Source of the DNA: Rhizaria sp. SCN 62-66
Taxonomy: Eukaryota
Direction of reading: 5' to 3'
Assembly: GCA_001724265.1 (NCBI GenBank)
Contig: MEDY01000066.1
Coordinates: 62,001-126,000, forward strand
DNA length: 64,000 nucleotides
The position numbers and the translations under genes are program-made. How positions within the stretch are numbered: position 1 is the stretch's first letter; every line of letters starts with the position of its first letter. The notes beneath the pieces are model-generated. The model did no database searches. It was given only the letters and a program-made list of their open reading frames with translations, and was not told the DNA's origin. Of this stretch, positions 11,033 through 23,685 are shown piece by piece.

Positions 11033-12951
11033 TTAAAGCGGCTTTTGTGCGGAGATAATAGCGTAGTGCATTACTCCTTTCTTTGCAACGAACCGCAGTG
11101 CAGCGGCCGTGACCAAGAACTTAATCCAGCGCACAGGCTTGATGAGCGAGCCGAATTGCGCGATATGACGCTATTAACACAAGCAAAATTAAACAAAAAC
11201 AAAATATTACGTATAATTTATCTGCATTCATCATGTTACAATCAGTTTGACTAATGTTTTCTTTCAATATAATCGATAAATCCAGCAAACAATGAATTAG
11301 TTTCATTTGTTGTCGCCAAACGTACATCAATGAAGCTCGCAAAGCCTTCAAATACGCGCGTGTGAACTTTCACGATGGAAACATTTATGAATCCAACATT
11401 TTGCAGCATCTCGGTGTACTTTGACGCCGTCGTGAGATTCTCGCGGGGAATAGACATCCCTTTCGCTGCGATACGCAGCAACTTCTCGCTCAAACCAGAG
11501 CCGGAGCTGCCGGCATCGGTGTGATCGTCGTACTGGCCGTCGGGGAGGACAAGATCGCTCAGAGCAAGCCGTCCCCCGGGACGCAGGGCGGTGATAACGT
11601 CAGCAAAAAAGCGCGCGCGTTGCTCGAAGTGGTACGCCGTGTCGACGCAGACAACGCAGTCGACAGTTCCGACAGGAGCGTGACCGACGGGCGTGTGACG
11701 AGCACGGGCTGAGCGTGCAATAATGCTGTCGGTGAAAGCTCCAGAATTGCTGTTCGCGTCGGTGGGGCGTGAGGCAGTGCTATTCATAGGCTGAACGACA
11801 TCGTCAATGTCACTGTCATAGTCACTGTCATTCATCGTTGAGCCACACGTCTGTTGCTGCTGTTGAGAGAGAATCGTGAGAATATCACTCGAACTGCCTT
11901 GTAGCAACGTGACGCTCTCACATACAACATCGGCATCAGGTACATTAAAATTGCTTGCATTGCCAGCATTCCTCAGCCGTTGATTGCATTGCTGTTGCAA
12001 TAACTTAAGCCGCCTCTGAGCCGAGACGACTTGCGTCGGCGCTAAGTTGACCCCAACAATGGACCGCGGCACTGCCCACGCATGCGGGCACAGCACTGCG
12101 TCGCCATCTAACCGTGAGCACGCGGCTGACTGTGAGCACAAAAGCGACCGCGAGCACGGCGACCTCAGCGTCAGTCCTGCGAGCATGAAGAGCTAGTCGC
12201 CGCAGCCGAACCCCACGCTCAGCACGCGGTCGGGCGCGGCCACCGCGGCGGCGGCGAAGACGGCGGACGCAAGGGACGCGCACGCGGCCGCGTATGTAAC
12301 CGCGCCGGGCACGCTCGCTGACAGCGGTGGGGGCGGCGTCGCTGTTGCAGCAGTCGCAGCGGAAGCAGAGTCAGGGTCAGCGTCTGAGTCAGAGACGGCA
12401 TCAGAGACAGGCCAGAGTCCCAAGTTGCCCCATTGTGAGTGATCAAGATCAAAATTCAGCAAAACGTGCGATAAATCAAAAATGCCGCTTTTGCCAGAGA
12501 CCACCGACGCAGAAGAAGCAGTGGCAGTATTGAGACCAAGACTTGCTGATTTGCCCAGGTCACTATTTTCTGATGTACTCGTTCTATTGGAGCTGCTCAA
12601 CGATGCCACCGCAATGTCGCGAGAGTTAAAAAGCGCGGCAAGCGCCGGAAAGGCTGCGGCGTGCGTGATCGCGTGCAGCGGAGAGAGCGGCGACCAGAGG
12701 AGAAAGCCTAGAAGAAGCAGCGCCGCCCCAGCAGGGTCGCACAAACCGAGCGCCACGGACGCGAATACACGCGCACAAACGCGAACAGCTGTGAATATAG
12801 CTAAATCAATAGAATATAATCCGAGAAATGCGGCGCTAACCGCGTAGGCGTAGGCTGTGTCGCGGAAGAGAGCGTATAAGAGAGTCGTTGCGAAGACGGC
12901 GTAGTGTGGAGGGGCAAGATTTATCACAAGGATCGCCACACCATGTAACAT
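11033..12951 (-). CDS. Class I SAM-dependent methyltransferase with N-terminal hydrophobic segments, ~587 aa. Exons 12951-11326 and 11170-11033; in-frame TAG at 12195-12193
   Basis: WGNLGLW, motif I VLSVGFGCGD*LF, VGVNL, DCVVCVDTAYHF, LRPGGRLALSDLV, LQNVGF. Intron 11325-11171 (GTACGT...TAG) gives the final exon RHIAQFG...YAIISAQKPL-TAA. The two listed ORFs (12193..12951 and 11251..12186) are in the same frame. Confidence 0.85.
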
Positions 12952-13266
12952 GTTCTGAGAGAAATATAATTAAAGGGAAAAGAAATAAATTTGGTTATTT
13001 ATCTTGTTTTTTTCTTTTTTTCTCAAATCAACGATGACATAATACCGATAAGCAAACATGAAGATAGCTCCTCTCACACATCGCAGACAAAGTAAGCACC
13101 ACAACAAGGTCACTTATGATGCATTTTTACGGCAAACACATCGCAACGCCATCCTCCAACCGCACAAATTACCACCATCCCGTCTTTAATACAGTAGGTC
13201 CCCCGTCATACTCTGAATAATACTTCATATAAGTCCATTTACGCCACTCTCGATCAAACAACAGCC

Positions 13267-16200
13267 TTAGTTACTCCCAGCAGCAGCAGCAGTCTCCTTG
13301 CTGCCGTCAGCACTGTTAGCGCTAGCACTAGCGCTCACGCTCGCAACAGCGTTGCTAGCGGCGGCAGAAGTGGCCTCCTCGTTGGGCGTCTGCCAGTGCA
13401 GCCGCAGCCCGACCAGGTCGAGCCCCGCGAGCACCTTCTCCCACTCGCTGCCCACGGTCATGGAACTCGCGCCGGCACCCGTGTTGGTACCCGTGCTGCT
13501 CGCGGTGACCTCGGAGCTGCCGCTGTTGCTGTTATCAGTCGTACACGAAGTAGCCGTGTTGTCGACGTCGTCCCCGCTGCCAGCGACAGCGCTCACGGTC
13601 ACTGCCACGGTCACTGCCACGGTCACGCCCGCGGCCGCGGCCGCCGCCGCAGCAGGCGTCAGCTGAGGCTGCTGCGCCTGTTGCGCCAGCTTATGTGACT
13701 GTAACTGCGCCTGCGCCTGCTGCGCAAGGTGGTAGAGGTCCAGCGAGGCGACCGCGTCCTCGATGCTGTTGTGCGTGCCCTGCTGGATGCGCCGGCCGAG
13801 CAGCGCCCAAGTAAGGAAACGCAGCGAGACGAACTTGCGCGGGCCCTCGAACGCGGCCGCGGCGGGGCCCGCGAGCGTATTGACAGCAGCAGAGGCAGCA
13901 GAGCGAGAGCTAGAGCTAGAGGCGACAGCAGTTGTCGTCGTCGTACTCGCAGCCAACGGCTTCCCGCTCGCGTTGCTTCTAGCGGCGTTGCTGTTGCTGC
14001 TCGCGCTCGCACCAGCGCTTGCGCTGGTGCTGTTTCTCGCGCCGTTGCTGTTGCTGCTGTTGCCGTTGCTGGTGTGGGGGTGGAGGGGGCGGGCAAAGAT
14101 CTCGGCCGTGTCCCGCACCTGGGCCGCGGGCACGGTCAGGTTCAGCTAAACGTATGGCAAAACACAGAACAAAGAGACGGTAAAAAAAGGTGATACACAT
14201 GAGATATGACGTTAAAACACAAGAAATACACATTGAATATATACATGCCACCCCGTTCTATATATATCATTGCACAAACATGTCAAGAAATCGTTCGATT
14301 CATAGTTTCATATGCGGTACTTCGAATCGTCAATGAATGCGTCTGTGAAGTATGCGCCGTACCATTTGGAAGTCCTTCTTGAGCCCGTGTCCAACAAGCA
14401 CCGCGCCGCGCGCGTGCACGAGCCAAAGCAGCACCAGGTACACGGCCTTAAGCGACGTCAGTACACGCCCGTCGCGGAGGCCCGGGCCGCCGTGGCCGCT
14501 GCCGGTACCGCCAGAGGCAGAGACAGAGGCTGAGGGGGCTGAGGGCGAGAATTGCGACGGCAACGACGAGGACGAGGATGAGGACAAGGACTGGGCCGAG
14601 GACGGGGGCGCGGGGTCCAGGTCGCCGGCGACAATGCCGCTCCACTTGGTGAGGTAGTCCACCACCGGCTCGTGCGGCTGTGAGGCGATGTACGCGTCGA
14701 GCCACACAGCGCGGCTCCCGCTGCCGCGGCCCGCGCTGCCGCCGCCGTTGCTGTTGCCGCCGGCGCCTGCATCGGCGACGCCCTCGCTGTTGCCCGCGCT
14801 AATGCTATTACTATTGTTATTGTTATAGCGCGACTTGTTGTTCCTGCCGCCGCCGCCGCCCCTCGCGCTCGCGCCGGCGCCCGCGGCCGCCGGAGCAGCG
14901 GGCGGGGGCGGGAGGTCCCAGTCGCGGACGAGCGACACGCGCGCGAGTGCCAGGCGCGAGGGCTTGAGCACGCGGCCGTCCTCGGCGCGGCGCTCCAGCT
15001 CCACGCACACGAACTCGCAATCGAGCGCAAACCGGGCGCCGAAGGGCACCGAGCTCAGGTCCACGCCGAGGCTGCCGCCCGCTATGAAGGCGCTGTTGGC
15101 GGCCGCGCTCGCAGCAGCGGCGGCGGCGGCAGCGGAGGCGGCGGCAGAGCCGTTACTGCTGACAAGCGCATTGTTATGGTTATTGTTGTTATTCGTACCA
15201 TGCTGCTGCTGTTGTTGTTGTTGCTGGAGCGGCGGCATGGCAGTAAGCGCGAGCGCGAGCGCGTCGACCGACAGCGTGACGGGGTCGCGCAGCAAGCGCC
15301 GCAGCGAGGGCGCGGGCAGGCGCAGCGGCGGCGGGCGCACGGGCGGCGCCACGGGCGCGGGCGCGCGCAGCACAGCGCGGCGCGTGCGGCTGCGGCACGC
15401 GTGGTCCACCGCGGCCATGACGTGCCCCGCGCAGCCGCCGAGCGCGCAGCCGCTGCTGCTGTTGTTACCAGCGCCCGCGCCGAGGGGGGACGAGACGAGC
15501 GAGCGGACGCCGCCGCTGCTGCCGCCGCCGTTCGCGGTGTTGCCGCTGACGGGCGTCGACGGGTGCTTGCCGGCCGCGTACGTAGTGCGGAACGCCATCT
15601 GCTTACACGCACTCGCACTCATATCAGGACCAGCGTTCGCGTGGGCGGTGTTGTTGATGACGGCGCCCGTCGGCGTGGTCGTGTAGCTCTTGACTGCGGC
15701 AGAGCCGGCGCCGGCCTTGGCTTTGCCCTCGGCCGCAGCCGCAGCCGGGCTCGAGAGGCCGCATTGCGACTGCGACCGCGAGTGACCGTGAGCGCAGACC
15801 TCACTGTCGTGCCCGTGACCGTGGGCGTGGCCGTGGGCGTGACCGTGGGCGTCAGCGTGGTGTTGATACAGTCCGGCTGCGGTGCCCGCCCCCGCGCCGC
15901 CCGCGGCCTTGGCGAGGACCTGCGCGGCGTGGCGCTGTAGCGCGCCCACAGCGTCGACGCGCGTGTAGAAGAGCGCGCACGGCTGCTTCCACAGGTACGC
16001 GTACGTCAGCGCCTCCGTCACGCCGTACACGCGCGTGCCCGCGCCACTGACGCCGGAACCCGAGCCAGAACTCGTGCCGTTACTTGTGACAGAACCAGCG
16101 GTGGTAGCGGCAGCGGCGGCGGCGAGGGCGTTAGCATGGTTGACCGCGGCCGGCGACATGTCGACGTTGGCCGAGGGCATCACGCAGAAGTCGTTGACCG

Positions 16201-19200
16201 TGTACCAGCCGCCGCCACCGGGGCCCCAGCCGCCCGCGGCCGAGAACGCCTTCACCGGGGCCGCTACATCACCGTCGGGGTTGCTTGGACTGAGCACGCG
16301 CTGCGCGGGCGCAGGCGCGTGCAGCACGTGCGCGACGAGGTGCTCGCCGGCGACGCGGTGCAGCGCGCTCGCATCGCGGCCCGCCGCCGCGGCCGTGTCC
16401 GTGATGTGCGCGATCGCCGCCGTCAGCCGGTACACGGCCGTCGTGCCGGCGCCTGCGTGTCGCGAGAGCAAGGGGGAACAAAAGCGACAAATGGGCGTGA
16501 GAATAAAATAGTAGTGGTGAGTAATTGAGATTCAAGTAAAGTTTGAGTCAAGGTTATAGAAATCCAGGTTTCATAAAACTGCTGTCCAATGATGCGATCG
16601 TGCGTACCTAAAGACGCGTACAGCGCGGACGACGACGAGTTGAGCAGTCGGCCGCTGGCCCCACTGGCCGCCGCCGCCGCCGCCGCAGTGCCGTTGCCGC
16701 TCGCACTCGCGGTGACGCCGCTGGCGCTCATTGTGGCGCCCGCGGCGTTGCCACCCGGGTTCGAGCTATTGGCGCTACCACTGCAGCCGTTGGCGTTGTA
16801 CGCGTTAACGACCGCGCTGGGGGTGACGCGCCCGGCCAGCGTCGAGCGGCGCGCGATCACAGACGGCGCCGGCAGGCGGTAGTGCGTCCTGTTCGCGCCC
16901 GCGCTCGCCCGGCCACCGTCGCTGCAGCAGGAGTCGTCGTCGTCGTCGCCGTCGTCGTCGGTGAGGACGAACTCATCGCAAACAGAGCTGCTGCTGTTGG
17001 TGGTGTTGTTGTTATTATTGCCACTGTTCCTGACGAAGCTGGGACTGCTCGCGCCGTTAGCAGCGCTGCCACTGCCACTACTACTGTTGTTGTCAGTGGC
17101 GGCGCTGAGGTCGTGGTAGTCGTCGTCGATGGGGTCCGCCTCGTCGCTAAGGGTCGGCAGCAGCAGCGGGTTCACAAACCACTCGCTCTCGCCGCCACAG
17201 TCACTGGTAATAGCAGCGACGGCGGCGGCGGCGGCGGCGGCGGCGGGGTCGCCACCGGGGCCGTTGCCCGCGCCGCCATTGCCGCTGCCCGCGCTGAGGC
17301 TGGCGGCGACGATGGCCCTGCTGCGCTCCCGCACGGCGGCGTACGACTGCGCAATCAGGGCCTCGGCCTCGGCGTCAGAGTCCACGCGCCGCACGCGCAG
17401 CCCGAAGCCCACCCCCTCGCCCGCGGCAGCCGCGGCCACGGCGGCTGCCGTCGCGGCGCTAATGCCGCTGCCGCTGCCGTTGCCGCTGCTGCCGCTGCCG
17501 CTGAGGCCGGCGGCCGCGGTGGCGGCGCTGGCGTTGGGGGGGTTCGGGCTAGACCCGGAGCCAGTGCCAGCGCCAGAGCTGGCGTTGATGGAGTTCGAGA
17601 CTGTCGCGTTGCCGTTGCTGCTGTAGGCGTCGTCGGTGGCGACGGTAGAGGTGTCGTCGCCGTCGATGGCGATGACAGGCGGCAGCCAGGCCCAGCTGTG
17701 CGCGGAGGCCTCGAGCGGCAGAGCCCACAGCGGGTCGCTCGCGGGGTGCACGAACAGACTAAGGGGGAACAGGTCCGTGTAAGTACCCTGGGCACCGAGA
17801 GTACCATGAGTACCCTGAGCGCCCTGAGACTGGGACTCAGGGCACTTAGACGCGTGGGGCGGAAGGTAGTCGAAATACCTGTCGACGGCCACAGCGGTAT
17901 TCTCACCCGCGCTCGCACCCGCGCTCGCATTGGTGATGCTGTTGTTGTTGTTGCTCGAGACTGAGGAGAACGCGGACGCGAGGTTGACCGGCACAATCCC
18001 ACTCGCAGTCGTGCTCACACCGTCACTGCTGACGCTGCCGGCGCTCGTGTTGCTGTACAGACCCGCCTGGAGCTGCTTGTGTGCAGCGGGCAAGAAAGGC
18101 GTGCGGCCGCCGATGCTGGCGCCAACCGCACTCGCGCCCGCGGCACCAGGCGCAGTCGCGGTACCACGGGCGTTGCTGTTGCTGAAGCCGCTGCTGCTCG
18201 TGGCAGAGCCCGCATGGCTGTTATTGCCCGTGGCCGCGGCAGTGGAGTAGACCGCAAAGGGCGCGGCGCCGACGTACGGCGCGGACGCTGCGGCCGCGGC
18301 AACGGCGGCGCGTGCGGCAGCGGAGGATGCGGCGCTCGCGAAGCCCCCGGGCTTGCCGCCCGCGGCGACAACGCTGACAACGCTAACACTGGCCACGCCC
18401 GACGCGTCGCCGCCGCCGGCAGCGGTGGGCGAGACGAGGGCGGTCGACGACAGCAGCGCGGGGGCGCCGAGAACGCCGGCGACGCTGCCGCCCGCGCCAC
18501 TACTGCTGGAGGCGTTGCTCGCGCCTGCGTTGCTGCTGCCGCTGCCACCGCTGGCGGCCGCGGCCGGAGTGCGCCAGAGCTCCAGCTCGGGCTCCTCGGT
18601 CGCGTTGCAGAGCACGGTCAGCACGGGGGGCAGCGCAGTAACGCGCTTGGCCAGCCGCTGCAGGTGGCTCGCGCGGCAGCTGTGGCACCACAGCCGGCGC
18701 AGAGAAGTTTCGCACAGCGAGTCGGTCAGGACTTGCGCGAACGTCGCCGGCGCCGCCGCCGCCGCCGAGGCAGGGTGGGCGACGGGGGAGGCAAGGCGCT
18801 GCGACGCGACGGGGTAGGAGAGCTTAACGGAGAAGCTGCCGCCCACCCGGACGCTGCGGTGGCCGCCGGTCACCACGGGCAATACAGCCGTCGCCGTCGC
18901 CGCGGCCGCGGTCGCCGTCGCGGTGAGGGAGTTACTATGGGAGGGGGCGGGGAGCGTGGAGGTGATGGTCATCGTCGTCGTGGCGGTGGTCGTAGCGCGG
19001 CCCTGCGAGCAGCGCAGCTCGTCGATCACGCCGACTTCGTGCAGAACCTAAAAAGTGCGAGATCGTCCAAGTGAGACAAAAAACAAAAATTAAAGACATA
19101 TGAGGCAGAAGATCATAGACTTGCAAGTTGAAAACAAAAACATAGAAAGAAATAAAACTCTGTTTTTCACGCGAATACAACGTTTTTACTTCAAAATATA

Positions 19201-22200
19201 ACAATACTAAAAAGCTATACAGTCTTTGACGAAATTACATGTTCTCGACCATACCTGCGGGACGGAGACGAGCCTGCGCTTGGCGACCTTGATGCTCTTG
19301 CGGAGCCCGGCGCGGGCGCGCTCCAGCGTCGCAAGCGCTGCCACGGCGGCCTGCGAGGGCACCGCGGCCGCGGCCGCCGCCGCGACGGCAGCGGTGAGCG
19401 CGCCCTCGCACTCGAGCAGCGACGCCTCGAGCCGGGAAAGCTCGGAGCGCGCGTCCCGATCAATGTTTGTGTACAGATACCGGATAAAATTCTGGATCTT
19501 GGCGTTGAGGATCGCGGTTGTGGGCGCCTCGGTGGGGTCCAAGACGCCGATCAGAGCTGCCTGTGGCTGGCCCAGCGCGCGCAAGAAGTTCCTGTGAATT
19601 TAACAAAGTGCGAATACAGTATTGTTATGTTAGATAAAAAGAGCATCATATTTAACAATCGAATTTCGTTAAATACCCAAACATTAAAGTTAAAATCCAA
19701 TGAATGAAGATATACATCGACAAATCACTTCAAGTCGTCTCTGTGATCTCATCGTACCTGGGCTCGACAGTGCGGTGACCGCGCTGCGTGAGCTGCAACG
19801 CGAGGAAGGCGAGCTCGCACGTCAGGCACTTCTCGGCGGGGCACGCGTGCGCCATGACGAGCGCGCGGAATGCGGGCGCCGCGCACAGCGCCTGCAGCGC
19901 GGCGCCGCAGTACGCGTGCGGGAGGAACGCCGTGAGCCCGACGAGCGGCGTGGCATTGTAGGTGTCGAAGTCGATCGACTCGAGCCCGAAGCGCGGGATC
20001 TTGACGTGCACGCGCGCGTACTCGCGGCCCACGGCGATGGCGCGCCGCAGCGGAGACGACAGCAGCTCCGCGAACGACTGCGTGTTGATGGCCTTGTTCA
20101 CGCGGCCGGCCTTGGCGCCCGCGCCGGGGACCGCGGGCAGGAAGCGCGCCAGAGAGGCCTGGTGGTTGCGCAGGAATGTCGTCAGGCGGCGGTCGGGGAA
20201 CGGCGCAGTCATCAGGCCGCCGCCGCCGCCGCCGCCGCTGTTGTTATGGCTGTGGTGGCCGTGGCTACTACTGATCGCAGCCGCCGCCGCCGCAGCAGCA
20301 GCGGCGGCGGCAGTGGCGGCGGCGGCGGCGGCGGCTGAGGGGTGGTAAGGGCCCCCCCCGCTGGCAGCGGCAGCGGCAGCGGCGGCGGCGGCGGCGGCGC
20401 GCGCGGCGGCGGTGGTGGTGGCCGATGCGGCGGCGAGTCCCGGGATGAGGCTGGGGTCGACGGGGGGGATGAAGGGCGGCGTCGTGAAGGTCGCCGCCGG
20501 CCAGCCCGCCCAAGCCGACAGCGCGGGCGCGGGCGGAGCCAGCGGGAAGAGCGAGAGGTCGGGCAGCGGGACAGCCGCGAGGTTCGACGCGTAGGCCGAC
20601 GATGACAGCAGGGAGACGGAGGACGGGTGCAGGTGGCTGTCCTTGTGGGAGCTAGCCGCCACGGTCACGTTGTTGTACGCGTCGAAAAACGTGTTGCCGC
20701 CGCCACCGCCGCCGCCGCCGCCGTTGCTGTTGTTGTTGTTCGCCCTGTTGTCCAGTCCGCTCTGGTTCCCGCCGTGGCCGTGGCCGCCGTGGTGACCGTT
20801 GTTGTGGCCGCCGTAGGGCGAGACGCTGAGCGCCCGCTTGGCCGCGGCGGACATGTAGGCCGGGTCCAGCCCCGCCACTGGTGGCGTCAGCGGCGGCGGC
20901 CGCGCGAAGGCCGTGGGCGCAACGAGCGCGCCGGTGGCGATCTCTGGCCGCTGCCCCTCTGCGAGCAGCTGGGAGGAGCCAAGCAGCGTGAGCCCGCCAG
21001 CCGAGTCGCCCACCAGCGCGCACTGGCCGGACCGCGCGACCGCAAGCGCCGTCGCCGCGTGGAAAGCCGAGGGCAGCGGCACGTGCGCCGTCGCGGCGTG
21101 CGCCACGGGCGGGGACGCCTCAGCGACGGCCAGGCTGCCAGTAGGCGAGAGTAGCAGTAGCGAGGAAGAGAACTTGGGAAGGAAGGCGGCGCGGTAGATG
21201 CCCGCCGGGTCGCGCACGGCCGACACTATCGCCGTGGGCTTGAGCGTCGCCAGGTCGAAAGTGCGCACGAACGGGTCCGGGCGGCCCGCCTTAAAGGGGG
21301 AGTCGACCAGCCCGCGGATCGGGTGGTGCACCCACGGGTTCGGGTGGCTCCACACGCTGTTGCCCGCCGCCGCAGCACTCGCGGTGGCTCCAGTGGCGGC
21401 ACCTGTGGAGCTCACAGTCGTCGTCGCCGCCGTCGTTGTCGATGCGCCCACGGCTCCTGTTAGGTCACTACTGGTACCCGTGGCGGTACTCGTGGTGCTG
21501 TTGCTGTTGTTGAGGAGCGAGGCGAGGTACGCGTGCGTGTTGAACATCGCGGGCGCGCCCGGCTGGCTGAAGGGCTTGACCGCGGGGTGCATTGTGCATA
21601 CGGCGATGGACCGCTTGACCACGATCTGAGACACGATCATGGATCCGACGCTGCCGCCCACGCCCACAGACGCACTTGCACCCGCACAAGAGCTAGAGCT
21701 AGAGCTAGAGCTTGAACTCGACTCAGAACTCGAGCTGCTGCTGTTGCTTGTGACGTGGATGACGTCGACGAGCGAGAGATCCTCGAACGACAGCGCCACA
21801 ATGCAGCCCCGGTCCGTGCCGACCAGCACGAGCCCCTGCGCGGCGGCGACGGTGATGCACACAGGGAAGCCCGTGGTCTCTGCGGTGAAGCGCGCGGGCG
21901 AGCGCAGCGTGGGCCTGTTCTCGGCCAGGTTGAACACCACAACGGCGCTCGCAAAGCCCGCGCCGGGCCCGAAGCCGACGAGCAGTTCGACGGGGTCGCG
22001 CGCGTCAAGCGGGGCGGCACAGCGCGCGTCGCGGAACTTGACGCCGCGCGAGGCCTGCTCGAGAACGCCGCCCTTGGAGTGCACGCGCAGCGAGTTGGCC
22101 GACAGCGACGCGACGCCGCCGCCGTGCGCCAGCGGGAAGAGCTCCAGCACGGCCGTGGCGTGCGCGGCGAAGGCGCTGTACTTGTGGAGGTCGGGGAAGG

Positions 22201-22999
22201 TGAACGAGAGCACGCGTCCGTCGTTAGTGCCAGCCCACACCAGGTCCTCGCTGGGGTCAAAAGCGACTGTGAGTACAGGGCTCGTGACGTGTGGCGTCAC
22301 CGTCGTCGCCGCGGAGAGCGGGTAGAAGGACCGCGCACCGCCCAGCGAGCCGGGGCCGCCCCCCAGACCACCGACCCCAGCGGCGAGACCACCACTACCA
22401 CCACCACCAGCCGCGGCAGAGGCGGAGGCGGCGGCGGAGGCTGAGAGGGAAAGCTGGGGCCGGTGTAGGGGGTGGCCATGCGGTATGCCGTGGGCCGGGT
22501 GGCCGTGCGACATCGGACCGCCGCCGCCGCCGCCGCCGCCGCTGTTGTTGCCGCTGATGTTGTAGCCTGCGACTGGGGAGGGGTACTGCGGGTAAGGGCC
22601 AGCGCCCGCGCCCGCGCCCGCGCCAGCGAAGGGCCCGGAGAGGCCGATCGAGGTCGGGTAGGAGCCAAAGCCGACGGCGCTGCTGCTCCCGTGGGGCATC
22701 ATGTGCGGGGCGTAGGCCTGGTTGCTGCTACTGTTGCCATAACTCGCGTTCGCAGCAGAGGCTGGGGGCTTCATGATATTGTACGGGGGGTTGCTGCTGT
22801 ACGCCCCGCCGCCGCCGCCGGCCCCCGCAGCGGCGCCCGACGGGCCGGAGTAGCCGGTGTAGCCCAACCCTGCCGCGGGGCCGCCGTGGCCGCCGTGGCC
22901 GTGCGCGCTCGCAGTGTTTGCACTGTGTGAGCTGTGGGGGGGCGCGTTGACGCCACCGTATGGGCCCGGGGGCGGGCGCTGCATGCCGTGGGGGTGCAT
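13267..22999 (-). CDS. PAN2: PAN2 poly(A) deadenylase subunit (WD40 + UCH-like + DEDDh exonuclease), ~2995 aa. Exons 22999-19758, 19591-19255, 19047-16608, 16452-14363, 14145-13267
   Basis: VAFDPSEDLVWAGTNDGRV (WD40). FGLESIDFDTYNATPLVGL...YCGAALQAL, C-PAEKCLTCEL (UCH-like). FALDCEFV, VVDYLTKWSGI, VGHGLKKDF, SLRFLTWALLGRRIQQGTHNSIEDA (exonuclease). Four GT-AG introns keep the frame (8988 nt); TAA stop. The start codon is uncertain. Confidence 0.92.
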
Positions 23000-23685
23000 G
23001 GCGGGCGGCAACGGGGGGTAAAACCCGTTAGAACGCGCGGAGTTGTAAGAAAACGACTGTGCAGGAACGCTAGCAAAGGGAAACGAGCGGTGCTGGCAAG
23101 CAGCACTGGGGTCGGGAAGCGGGCGGGGAAGAGGACGGGGCACGAGGTGTGAGCGGCAGCGAATACTGCAAGGTAGACGCACGTTGTAAGCGCATAAATT
23201 GAAATATAACAAAATCGTTTCACTATTCATTGTAAATATCATATCTATATCCGAATATATCAAATATATCCTGTGCCAGCATACGCCGAAGTGAGGCTTC
23301 TTTCAAACTCGATCTGACTCCTCACGACGCAGCTCCAGTCCCACGGTCATCTTGCACTCGAAAAGTTCATGCACAACAGGCTTAATAGGCTATAATCATA
23401 AGACTTGATGATGAAACTTGAATATAGTTTTATTATGAGGTTTTTATATATTATATCAAAATATCGCTTTTACTGACGGAGATCACAGTGATGAACTCGA
23501 AGTCCGATTTCAGCAAAACAAGCGTTTTACGTTTGTGGTGAACTCTACTTTTGGAAGTATAACTGAGTAATAATGCACTGGAACGTTTTAAGAATAAGAG
23601 GATCTCACAAATGCAGTGTTTTTGCATCCTACCAGTTTGCTTTAGTTTCTACAGTAGCACGCCTTGGTTGCTTTCCAGAGACGGG

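Noticed and set aside
11242-11325. Apparent TAG stop at 11251-11253 for the methyltransferase ORF
   Set aside because: It lies inside the AT-rich intron 11325-11171. The spliced gene ends with TAA at 11035-11033, so this TAG says nothing about the code.
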